The notes under the pieces are model-generated. The model saw only the letters and a program-made list of their open reading frames with translations. It made no database searches and was not told the DNA's origin. From positions 1 through 24,950 of the forward strand of contig CAYMED010000025.1 of assembly GCA_964389655.1 (NCBI GenBank): a DNA stretch of 24,950 nt, written 5' to 3'. Source of the DNA: an uncultured Candidatus Poseidoniales archaeon (GTDB lineage Archaea > Thermoplasmatota > Poseidoniia > Poseidoniales > CAYMED01). Positions 9,763-20,704 of the stretch are shown here, in pieces; the stretch's first letter is position 1, and every line of letters starts with the position of its first letter. Made by a program: the position numbers and the translations under genes.

Positions 9763-10755
9763 CTATTCACCCTCAAATGAAGGAGTTTTGCGCACCGACC
9801 TCACCGATCTCACCCCATACATCGAAAATGAATCACTGATAGCATTTCTGCTCGAAGAGGCATAGACAACTCCAACCGACAAACTTGCAATCAATAGGGC
9901 AGATGGCAGCAAAGAGGGATTTCCGGCTTCTTCCTCGCTAGAACTCGTACTAACCGCACCACGAATGGTTGTCCCCCGATCACTGAGAATTTGATGGGCT
10001 ACTACGACATGGAGTTCGCCGACATCCCAAAGCTGATTCGAGGATACACTTAGTCTAAGGTAGGCTGACCCATTTGAGATCTCAACAGAAGACGCGTTGA
10101 CTGCATTCAATTGCGGATAGATGCGGGGTGGGACTGATTCGTCGAGCGGGGCTTCAACGATGCCCCGCACAACATTGGCTAATGTACCTCCACGTGCCGA
10201 ACCCTCTGGACGCTGAATTTCGGCCTCAACTAGATAAATCAAAATTGCGCCATCAAGGGCAATATCGGGAGATGGTTCAAGATATATATCGAAAGACTGC
10301 GAGTCCTGTGAGTTCGAAACAGGGACAACCCGAATCCGTGAAGATGAAGGGCGAGACGCCTCAGTCGCTGCAAGTGAGCGATGAAGATCGCTGCGCTCAA
10401 AAGTTCCGATAACTTGTTCGGAACCATCCATGTAGATTGTAGGAACTCCTGAAGAGTTTCCAAAGCCCAGTGTAGTCAGCCGGTGTGAAGTTCCGTCATT
10501 GCCGAGTGGGTCCGAACCATCAAAGGCGTGCAAGCTGAGGCGGATCACCCGCCCATTGGTTTCTGAGATGAAATCATCCAGAACAGGGTCGACTGAGGCA
10601 CAAGTCGTGCACCAAGTTGCAGTTGCCATTTCCAGCAAAATGGCAGTACCACCAGTTTGTTCACTAGGAGCACTTGCACTGCTTGTAACCCAAGGGAGGA
10701 TCAGGGCGCATAGGAAAAAACCTACTAGCCTGCTACGGACCCTTGGTTCTGCCAT
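9763..10755 (-). CDS. Exported thioredoxin-fold (Omp28-like) protein with C-terminal membrane anchor
   Basis: Start moved to MAEPRVR (10755). Signal peptide, LLEMATATWCTTC CxxC motif, GVPTIYMDG cis-Pro loop, NVVRG segment, C-terminal TM. Confidence 0.8.
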   Translation of the reverse strand: MAEPRVRSRLVGFFLCALILPWVTSSASAPSEQTGGTAILLEMATATWCTTCASVDPVLDDFISETNGRVIRLSLHAFDGSDPLGNDGTSHRLTTLGFGNSSGVPTIYMDGSEQVIGTFERSDLHRSLAATEASRPSSSRIRVVPVSNSQDSQSFDIYLEPSPDIALDGAILIYLVEAEIQRPEGSARGGTLANVVRGIVEAPLDESVPPRIYPQLNAVNASSVEISNGSAYLRLSVSSNQLWDVGELHVVVAHQILSDRGTTIRGAVSTSSSEEEAGNPSLLPSALLIASLSVGVVYASSSRNAISDSFSMYGVRSVRSVRKTPSFEGE

Positions 10756-10808
10756 ATTTGAGGTTACTAGATAGGAGGATGTTAAACCCCTGCTGTTGAG
10801 GGAGGCAC

Positions 10809-11555
10809 ATGGGCGGAAGATGGATTGATGCGCACCGACGCGATCCCTACCGCCGCAAAGCGCGCCGTGAAGGCTATCGAGCGAGGTCGGCATACAAGTT
10901 ACAGCAGATTCAGGAGCGTTTTGGGATTCTTCGTAACGGAGATACAGTACTTGACATAGGGTGCTTTCCAGGTGGATGGACACAAGTGGCCATTGAGCAT
11001 GTTGGAAGTGAAGGATCAGTGATTGGTGTTGATTTGCGAGTCTGCCCACCCCTAACTGGAGCAACAATGGTTGTCGGGGACATTATGGATCCAAATCTGA
11101 ACGAGGAGATTATGGCACTCCTAGAAAATGCGAAATTCAATGCCGTAATCTCCGATATTGCCCCCGGAATTACCGGTGCTTACGGCTATGACGTTTTTCT
11201 CTCAATGCAACTCACTGCGGCTTCAGCTGATTTTGCACTCCGGCACCTGACTGACGGGGGATCATTCGTCTCCAAAGTTTTCACGGGCGCCGGGATTGAG
11301 AAATTAATAGGGTCTTTGAGGAAGTACTTCAGCATTGTACAGCGGTTTGATCCTATGGCCAGTAGAAATTCATCGTCCGAGACATATATCATCGCACGAA
11401 ATTTGAAGCCAAATATCCCACGGCCAAAGATTCTCGAGACCCCTACACAAGATGCTGTATCCTCAGCCAAAGAAGATGATGATGAAACCAAAATCAAGCC
11501 TGCAACTGGTTTTCGCGTGGTTCGTAAACAAAAGAAACAGGTACCTGATGAGTGA
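10809..11555 (+). CDS. rlmE: 23S rRNA 2'-O-methyltransferase RlmE/FtsJ
   Basis: GYRARSAYKL, DIGCFPGGW, ISDIAP, GSFVSKVF, ASRNSSSETY (K-D-K-E tetrad). Confidence 0.95.
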   Translation: MGGRWIDAHRRDPYRRKARREGYRARSAYKLQQIQERFGILRNGDTVLDIGCFPGGWTQVAIEHVGSEGSVIGVDLRVCPPLTGATMVVGDIMDPNLNEEIMALLENAKFNAVISDIAPGITGAYGYDVFLSMQLTAASADFALRHLTDGGSFVSKVFTGAGIEKLIGSLRKYFSIVQRFDPMASRNSSSETYIIARNLKPNIPRPKILETPTQDAVSSAKEDDDETKIKPATGFRVVRKQKKQVPDE

Positions 11556-11624
11556 CACCGCATGAATCACTTTCAGAAAAGGGTGTTGGGAGATTATACA
11601 TCTGCTTCCAATCCAATGCAGTAG

Positions 11625-12026
11625 ATGAAGCAAGGTAAGTATGCGAAAAAACAATTGAAGGATTCAGCAAAAAGCAACCGGGAAATGGCAATATTACGCG
11701 CAATCGCCGTTGAAAAGAGAAAAATGGTCAAGCCCCACCGTACAAAAACTAGGGACTTCAAACTAGGGCATTCATTTGATCTCATTGAATTACTTATTCT
11801 GAGACGATATCCATCAAAACATGTGACCAACGGGTGCTGGCCAGGGAATGTTGCTGCAGCTTGTGGGCGGGATGAGTCAGGAGTTGTTGGTTTGGTGCTC
11901 TGGGGAGAAGATGCAATCCGCATCTCAGGCGGAGGTCTCATCAGAATATCTCGAGGATGGCGTAAACTTAGACACGGAGAGACCATCGTCAGCACAGGGA
12001 AATGGGGGAGAATACAGGCCACATGA
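11625..12026 (+). CDS. Single OB-fold nucleic-acid-binding protein (SSB/RPA-like) with basic N-terminal extension
   Basis: GRDESGVVGLVLWGE resembles the archaeal SSB/RPA GDETGxIxLTLW motif, followed by IRISRGW and STGKWGRI. Start uncertain. Confidence 0.7.
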   Translation: MKQGKYAKKQLKDSAKSNREMAILRAIAVEKRKMVKPHRTKTRDFKLGHSFDLIELLILRRYPSKHVTNGCWPGNVAAACGRDESGVVGLVLWGEDAIRISGGGLIRISRGWRKLRHGETIVSTGKWGRIQAT

Positions 12027-12038
12027 CTGACGAAAGGG

Positions 12039-12245
12039 ATGGAAACGGCTATGAGTGAAATGAATCCGGAGGGTCCCGTGAACGAGCGAGCAAGCGCCTG
12101 CACAGTGACTGGCGTTCCACTTACAGATCGTCGATCTACGAGTTTTCCATGCCCCTCTTGCAGCCACCCCATTGGACGAAGCGGTGTATGCCGAGATCAA
12201 GCGGTATCTTACATCTGTCCTGGGTGCGGATTTTGCGGCCCCTGA
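12039..12245 (+). CDS. Zn-ribbon protein, DUF1610/HVO_2753 family
   Basis: FPCPSC...IGR..CR..A..YICPGCGFCGP. Conserved archaeal position directly upstream of EF-1beta. Start may be 12051 or 12060. Confidence 0.9.
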   Translation: METAMSEMNPEGPVNERASACTVTGVPLTDRRSTSFPCPSCSHPIGRSGVCRDQAVSYICPGCGFCGP

Positions 12246-12264
12246 GCATTATGAGTTGATAAAT

Positions 12265-12537
12265 ATGGGACAGGTCCAATTGCGTTACAAAGTGATGCTA
12301 GATTCAGGATCAGAGGAGGAAATCGACTCCAATAATGTGGCAAATGCGCTTAGAAGAATAGAAACAGGTGATGTCCAACGAGTCGAATCAAAACCTCTAG
12401 CATTTGGCATGGTCTACCTTGAGGTTATAGCGATCATCGAGGACGCTGAGGGAGAAGTAGACCGGTTTGAAGATGCACTCAGGGGAGTCCATGGAGTTGG
12501 CCAACTCGAAGTCCTAGAAATGGGACGACTACTTTGA
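12265..12537 (+). CDS. ef1b: Archaeal translation elongation factor 1-beta
   Basis: MGQVQLRYKVM...KPLAFGM...IEDAEG..D..E..L...GV..LEV..MGRL. Start moved to ATG 12265. Confidence 0.9.
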   Translation: MGQVQLRYKVMLDSGSEEEIDSNNVANALRRIETGDVQRVESKPLAFGMVYLEVIAIIEDAEGEVDRFEDALRGVHGVGQLEVLEMGRLL

Positions 12538-12551
12538 GTTTCTTGACTTAC

Positions 12552-15309
<2,758 letters not shown>

Positions 15310-15488
15310 ATCCCATCCCAAAATATCCGTACACCCCAAATGACTTCAAGATATAGTTGAAATTCCTTCTACCAAATCGCGATATGGGGCGAAAACAGGC
15401 AATAGGGAGGGAAGTAGTAAAAATTGACATTATGAGATCGAAAACGTATGATTCCGACATGAAGTCCTACCACCTACTGTGATTGAAT

Positions 15489-15728
15489 ATGCCCTTCAAG
15501 CAGCATTTAGAAGTTGAATGGCTAATCAGGTCAAACCTTTGCTCAAAGCGCTGCTTTTGCGTAGAGTTTTTGCGTTGGGTGATTCTGCTAGGCTTGATAG
15601 TCGTGTCAGAGACGCTGATGGGATACTATTTGCGCCACATCAGCCTCATCGATTTTCAATATTCTTGGGCAGGAGTGGGATTCATTCATGCCGCCCTTTC
15701 TTTCATTACGATGTTTTTCTTGTTTTAG
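15489..15728 (+). CDS. Possible small two-TM membrane protein or gene remnant
   Basis: Two hydrophobic stretches (WVILLGLIVVS and AGVGFIHAALSFITMFFLF) in an otherwise empty gap. No family recognised. Confidence 0.25.
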   Translation: MPFKQHLEVEWLIRSNLCSKRCFCVEFLRWVILLGLIVVSETLMGYYLRHISLIDFQYSWAGVGFIHAALSFITMFFLF

Positions 15729-15765
15729 GGTTAAGTTTTTGGGAATACTGAACAACGGCTTACCG

Positions 15766-17145
15766 ATGGCACTGGAAGGAATGGGGCCCATTCTGCCCTA
15801 CTACTGGGATAAATTCACGCAAATTAATTTCCAGACTGGAGATACCTTGGGATTAACTTACATCATTTGCATACTCTCGATTTTGACACTTATTGTACTC
15901 TGTTTTTTAGCTATACTGATTCTCAAAGCACGAAGCCACGCACCAGAAAATCGCTTTATGGCAATTCTTCTATTCGCTGAAGGGTATCGGGTAATGGCCT
16001 CTTGGTACAACACATACCCTTTCAGTGCGGATATGTTGAACGTGATGCAATACTACCGAGTAGGGTGGTATTTCTGCTCACTTTTGTGTCTGTTCATGTA
16101 CCTCTCCACGATTTCATTCTATCCAACCAAACGGTTGAATTTCATGGCCAATGAAAAGATCAGAAACAATCTGTGGTGGGCACTTCCGGTATTCACCGCC
16201 ATCCTCATCGCGGCATTGATTTCTTCAAGTGGAAGTGTTGTCGGGGCCTTTGGTGGAAACTATCACATTGAGTGTAATGCTGTTGATGAAGAAGTGATTC
16301 TTACTGCTACCCCTGGTTCACCTCCAATCGAGGCAGGTTGTGTCGAGACTGAGGAATCGTTCCCCTATTCGTGGTTTGTACCCGGCAGTTCAGACGCGGG
16401 GAAACTTTTGCTTCTAGCCCCCCCCATTTCGGCCATTGTTGCTGCCTTCCTAATGCGTAGCGCATGGAAACGATTTGATGAAGAAGACGGAATGGAGAAT
16501 AAAGCAAATGAAGCTCGCTCATTATTCATTGGATTTGCTGGAAAAGCGACCATCAAGGGTTTACTAGTCATGTCTATCGTTTACATGACGGCACGATTCG
16601 GGGACTTCAATTTAGCTGACTTAGCCTCGATTGACGGAGATCTATTACCAATCTATCTGTATTGTCTATACGGATTTATGTTCAGCATCTTGCTCACCGG
16701 GATGTTTGAAGGATTTATGTTCAGTTATGCGATTCTAAAAAATGACATTCTCGGTATCGATGATACGTTGCGACGAAGCATGTCATGGGGTGTCTTCGTC
16801 TTCGTCGGTGCAGTAGCTATTCTTATTGTTGCTGAATTATTAGAGGGCAGGCTTCCATATGGGGGGATTGCGAGTGCGCTTGTCGTGGGTGTTCCGCTGA
16901 CCGTTATGAGAAAGCCGATTTACAATACAATTAACATTCTCGTTTTCATTTTGATGCCCGAAGCATTCACAAAAGAAGAACAGAGTTACATCGAAGCCTA
17001 TGCCATGGTGATGGATGATGGCATCCTAACAAAAAATGAGAGGAAATTACTGACTTTACAAGCTAAGAATCTTGGGTTAAAGGATGAACGCATTGTGTAT
17101 CTCGAAGAATGGTATAACTCTACTAGGGGAGTCGAGGAAGAATGA
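15766..17145 (+). CDS. Polytopic membrane protein with C-terminal soluble TerB-like domain
   Basis: About 9-10 hydrophobic segments, an external loop with a Cys pair, and a C-terminal MDDGILTKNERKLL...LGL segment. TTAAG box about 30 nt upstream of ATG 15766. Confidence 0.8.
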   Translation: MALEGMGPILPYYWDKFTQINFQTGDTLGLTYIICILSILTLIVLCFLAILILKARSHAPENRFMAILLFAEGYRVMASWYNTYPFSADMLNVMQYYRVGWYFCSLLCLFMYLSTISFYPTKRLNFMANEKIRNNLWWALPVFTAILIAALISSSGSVVGAFGGNYHIECNAVDEEVILTATPGSPPIEAGCVETEESFPYSWFVPGSSDAGKLLLLAPPISAIVAAFLMRSAWKRFDEEDGMENKANEARSLFIGFAGKATIKGLLVMSIVYMTARFGDFNLADLASIDGDLLPIYLYCLYGFMFSILLTGMFEGFMFSYAILKNDILGIDDTLRRSMSWGVFVFVGAVAILIVAELLEGRLPYGGIASALVVGVPLTVMRKPIYNTINILVFILMPEAFTKEEQSYIEAYAMVMDDGILTKNERKLLTLQAKNLGLKDERIVYLEEWYNSTRGVEEE

Positions 17146-17152
17146 TTTTTTT
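17146..17152 (+). terminator. Oligo-T archaeal-type terminator
   Basis: T7 run immediately after the TGA at 17143-17145. Confidence 0.5.
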
Positions 17153-17237
17153 GCGGATCTCGGTTCAGCATAAGTCCATATAGTACACATCATCAAAATA
17201 AAATTCGCAGGTTAGCGGATGAAAGGAGAAGTCGGTA

Positions 17238-18593
17238 ATGTTAGATAGCGCAGAGCCACCCTTATTCGGATCTCTTGAGAAATATCGACCATGGACAAGA
17301 AACCAACTTGTAGAATTGGCGGACAAACACAGAGAGTTCTCAAAAGTATTAGCCGATGTGCAAATGGCGTCACGGGTGTTTCCGTTCCGCCTTTCATCTC
17401 ATGTGATTGACAATCTTATCAGATGGGATAATCTCGAAGAGGACCCTTTCTTCCACTTGCTCGTCCCGACCATGAAGATGCTTGAAAGGGGGCATCGTGA
17501 AACTTTGAGGGAGGTGTGCCATAGTGGTGATGAGTCAAGAATCTCCTCCGTGGTTAAGACAATCAGGGATGGCTTGAATCCCCACCCCGCGGGTCAGATG
17601 ACCTTGAACACGCCTGATGGGGAGAAAAACCTCAATGGTATTCAGCACAAGTATCCGGAAACTGTTCTGTTGTTTCCATCAGCGGGTCAGACCTGCCATG
17701 CCTATTGCACCTACTGTTTCCGTTGGGCACAATTCATCGGTGATTCCAATTTAAGATTCGCACAGAAGGAAGCAAAGTACTTTTTCTCGTATTTACAGAA
17801 ACACCGGGAGGTGACAGATGTACTTGTCACTGGCGGAGACCCGATGGTGATGCGGACAAAGATGCTTCAGAAATACTTGGAGCCATTCTGTGATTCTAAA
17901 TTTCTTCCCCACATTAATACCATCAGGTTTGGAAGCAGAGCCTTGACCTTCTGGCCAAATCGCTTCACTGAAGATGAAGATTCAAATCAGTTACTCGCCA
18001 TGTTTCGCCGACTGACCTCCGCCGGAAGACACGTCGCATTTATGGCCCATATCGGCCACCCCAGAGAATTGGAATCCCCGACATTCAAGAATGCTGTTAA
18101 ATGGATACAAAGAACCGGCACAGTGATTCGGTCTCAGGCACCTCTCATCGCTGGATTCAATGATTCGGCTGACCTTTGGGCAGAAAAGTGGAGAAGGGAG
18201 GTCAACTTAGGCATCGTCCCATATTACATGTTCATCGCAAGAGATACTGGAGCACAACATTACTTCAAAGTGCCACTTTCGAATGCCGTTGAAATTTATC
18301 AAAAGGCAATCTCCAATGTCACAGGACTCGCAAGAACTGTTCGCGAACCATCGATGTCCTGTGGTCCTGGTAAGGTATCCATTAGTGGGGTCTCAAAAAT
18401 TGATGGGGTCAAAGTATTCGTGTTGAAATTTCTTCAGTGTCGTGAACCTGAGCTGGTAGGGCGCCCATTCTTCGCCAAGTTCGATGAACATGCAGCATGG
18501 TTTGATGAACTTAAGCCAATTGATGGGCAAGCACTACCCTGGAATTCAAACGGGCGGTTGAAGTCGCCATCACCTCTCTTGCGCGATGAATAA
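17238..18593 (+). CDS. KamA-family radical SAM/PLP aminomutase (lysine 2,3-aminomutase-like)
   Basis: GIQHKYPETVLLFP, CHAYCTYCFRW (CxxxCxxC), VLVTGGDP, HIGHPREL, PYYMF, PSMSCGPGKV. AAGGAG SD-like sequence upstream. Confidence 0.9.
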   Translation: MLDSAEPPLFGSLEKYRPWTRNQLVELADKHREFSKVLADVQMASRVFPFRLSSHVIDNLIRWDNLEEDPFFHLLVPTMKMLERGHRETLREVCHSGDESRISSVVKTIRDGLNPHPAGQMTLNTPDGEKNLNGIQHKYPETVLLFPSAGQTCHAYCTYCFRWAQFIGDSNLRFAQKEAKYFFSYLQKHREVTDVLVTGGDPMVMRTKMLQKYLEPFCDSKFLPHINTIRFGSRALTFWPNRFTEDEDSNQLLAMFRRLTSAGRHVAFMAHIGHPRELESPTFKNAVKWIQRTGTVIRSQAPLIAGFNDSADLWAEKWRREVNLGIVPYYMFIARDTGAQHYFKVPLSNAVEIYQKAISNVTGLARTVREPSMSCGPGKVSISGVSKIDGVKVFVLKFLQCREPELVGRPFFAKFDEHAAWFDELKPIDGQALPWNSNGRLKSPSPLLRDE

Positions 18594-18755
18594 GCATCCA
18601 TTAATCCAACATTACGCTCTCAAGCCATCTTTGTGCTTGGTTCAAGAGAGATCCTCTGAAACGTATGCGGTTACATGGGTACTAGCATGGGGCGTGTGTC
18701 GCGAGGGTTGAAATCAATCGAAAAAAAAGAAATGCGTAGACTGAAAGGATTGGCA

Positions 18756-19382
18756 ATGAAGAGGCGATTGGGGCGAGAAGAGTCGTATCCGGTTCTCTAC
18801 AGTTTCCGCCGGTGTCCCTATGCGATACGAGCAAGAATGGCAATAGTCAGAACAGGACATGTATGTGAACACAGGGAAGTCGCACTTAGAGACAGGCCTG
18901 AGCATATGATGTTGATTTCCCCAAAGGGAACTGTACCTGTAATGCTCCTTCCAGATGGGAGGGTGATTGAGGAGAGTATTGAAATCATGCAATATGTCTT
19001 GTCATGGGAACTGACTGAGGAGGAAGCAATGTGGATCAATAGGAATGATAACGAATTCAAATTTCATTTGGATCGCTATAAATATCCAAGCAGATATGAG
19101 AATGTAAATCCAAATGAGCAGAGAGGTTTGGCAAAATCATATATTGACGATTTGGACATTTTTCTCTCAAGTGGTAATTCATCAACCTCCTTGAATGATG
19201 CATTATTCCCATTTATCAGGCAGTTCGCAAATCATGACAGAGAATGGTTTGATTCACAGAAATGGAATACAATTCATGAATGGCTATCGATAAACCTTGA
19301 GAGTATGGAATTCATCAAATGCATGAAAAAGCACCCTCAGTGGCACACCGAGGACCTACCAGTCTATTTCCCACTATCTTAA
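18756..19382 (+). CDS. Glutathione S-transferase family protein
   Basis: LYSFRRCPYAIRAR, SPKGTVPV, IEESIEIM, FKFHLDRYKY, ALFPFIRQFA. Start may be 18732. Confidence 0.9.
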   Translation: MKRRLGREESYPVLYSFRRCPYAIRARMAIVRTGHVCEHREVALRDRPEHMMLISPKGTVPVMLLPDGRVIEESIEIMQYVLSWELTEEEAMWINRNDNEFKFHLDRYKYPSRYENVNPNEQRGLAKSYIDDLDIFLSSGNSSTSLNDALFPFIRQFANHDREWFDSQKWNTIHEWLSINLESMEFIKCMKKHPQWHTEDLPVYFPLS

Positions 19383-19424
19383 TGACGAAAACCTTGTTCC
19401 CGATGTAAATAACAGGGTGTAGAT

Positions 19425-19937
19425 GTGGGAGACGGGGTTTGGTATGCAACAATTGTTGGAGTTATAGCATTAAGTGGATTGAGCATTTTCTGCATCCTTT
19501 ATCTTGCAAAGATGCGTCGGACGAAAACAAATGCTGCTTGGAAGCAAGCTGCAACGGAACTGGGACTAGATTTTGCTCCAGTTACGCGACTATTTGGCAA
19601 ATATCGAATGAGTGGGGTAATTGGAAAACAACTGAGTTGTTCGGTTTGGGCGTATACAAAACCGAATAATTAGGGGGGATATACTACAGTCATGAATTAT
19701 GATGTGAGGTTTCCCCAGCGGCTCAATAATGTAAAGGAACTTCTCACACCCAATATTCAATCTAAACTCTTAGAGGTAAATAATGTCCTGAAGAAGGTGG
19801 TAGTTTCTGATGATTCAGTCAACTCCATTGGTATGCATGGTTTCATCCGCAAATCAGAGATTTTGGTTCGGAATGTCAAACTACTGATTCAATTGGCTGA
19901 GTTGATTATTCTGGACGAAGCATTGGCGATAGCATGA
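19425..19937 (+). pseudogene. Single-TM hypothetical gene interrupted by one in-frame TAG (19671-19673)
   Basis: ORFs 19425-19673 and 19692-19937 share a frame and are joined by TAG GGG GGA TAT ACT ACA GTC ATG. N-terminal TM followed by AWKQAATELGLDF. Confidence 0.65.
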
Positions 19938-20181
19938 ATGGTTCGTGCTTGTCAACAATTCCGGCGATTTGATCCTGGAATTCTGGGTCGCCCATCCTTG
20001 CCGCCATTTCAGCCGGGTCAAAATCAAATCTCAGCAAGACTGCTTTTCTTGCACCTGCCTTTCCATAGATGATTTTTCCATCATTTACTTCCTGTTGGTT
20101 ATCATATGCACCTAACATGAGTTGTTCCCATTCTTCAAAACTGGAATTTTCATTCAAATGTATGATGATTGCTGCGTCCAT
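19906..20181 (-). CDS. Small acidic hypothetical protein (possibly ferredoxin-like alpha/beta fold)
   Basis: 91-aa ORF with an alternating beta/alpha pattern (SFEEW...FDPAEMAARMGDPEF). TTAAG TATA-like box about 25 nt upstream. Confidence 0.7.
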   Translation of the reverse strand: MDAAIIIHLNENSSFEEWEQLMLGAYDNQQEVNDGKIIYGKAGARKAVLLRFDFDPAEMAARMGDPEFQDQIAGIVDKHEPFMLSPMLRPE

Positions 20182-20190
20182 GCACCCCCG

Positions 20191-20206
20191 AGAAAACTCG
20201 TTTTCT
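20191..20206. promoter_or_regulatory. Palindromic operator-like site overlapping the putative TATA box of the 20181 gene
   Basis: AGAAAAC-TC-GTTTTCT: perfect 7-bp arms, 10-25 nt upstream of the start codon. Confidence 0.4.
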
Positions 20207-20314
20207 TAACATTGTGGGATTTCCCTAGACACCCGCTGCTAACGGCCCCCGAGGGATGGGAGGTCTGAGCAGATTCAGGTACGACTTACCTTTGATTCTG
20301 TGATGATTCATCGA

Positions 20315-20403
20315 CTGAGATAATCACTCGTGTGTGTTTCCATCTCTTATGACGCCTCACGAGAGAGATAATCGTGACAACAAAATATACTGGAATGATC
20401 CCA
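20315..20403 (+). repeat. Left copy of ~88-bp imperfect inverted repeat
   Basis: Manual alignment to the reverse complement of 21497-21584 gives 78/89 identities (10 substitutions, 1 gap). Confidence 0.92.
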
Positions 20404-20609
20404 CAACAAGTGATGAAGAGAGGATGGGGTCGGTCATGCTCTCACCATTCACGTACTCGCGATACATCAGTTGAACTCTTGAACGATTATTCAACTTGCC
20501 TTGAGCGAAATTTGCGCAATCCTCCGGTTCGGCGTTCTCAATTTTCGAGTAATACCCGATAAACGAAATTTCAGATCGCAGAACTTTTGCACCATTTATG
20601 CAGCATCCG

Positions 20610-20630
20610 TGTTGTGAATATTTCACAACA
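20610..20630. promoter_or_regulatory. Perfect palindrome, putative transcription-factor operator
   Basis: TGTTGTGAA-TAT-TTCACAACA: 9-bp arms, about 75 nt upstream of ATG 20705. Confidence 0.55.
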
Positions 20631-20704
20631 AAGATGAAAACCTCCCAAGGAGTATGCATCCTTGGGCTTGTTGGAGTCATTACGGGATGCGCTGCGGCAA
20701 GTGG

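Noticed and set aside
10756-11067. N-terminal extension of the 434-aa ORF
   Set aside because: It is antisense to rlmE. The real start is probably 10755.
11594-12200. Minus-strand ORFs of 192 and 91 aa
   Set aside because: They are shadows of the OB-fold and Zn-ribbon genes on the + strand.
19391-19418. Weak hairpin ACCTTGTT...AACAGGGT after the GST gene
   Set aside because: Short and imperfect with no T-tract, so it could be chance.
20357-20680. 107-aa minus-strand ORF and the overlapping 62-aa plus-strand ORF
   Set aside because: No recognisable motifs, and the longer one runs through the repeat and both palindromes. At most a gene remnant.
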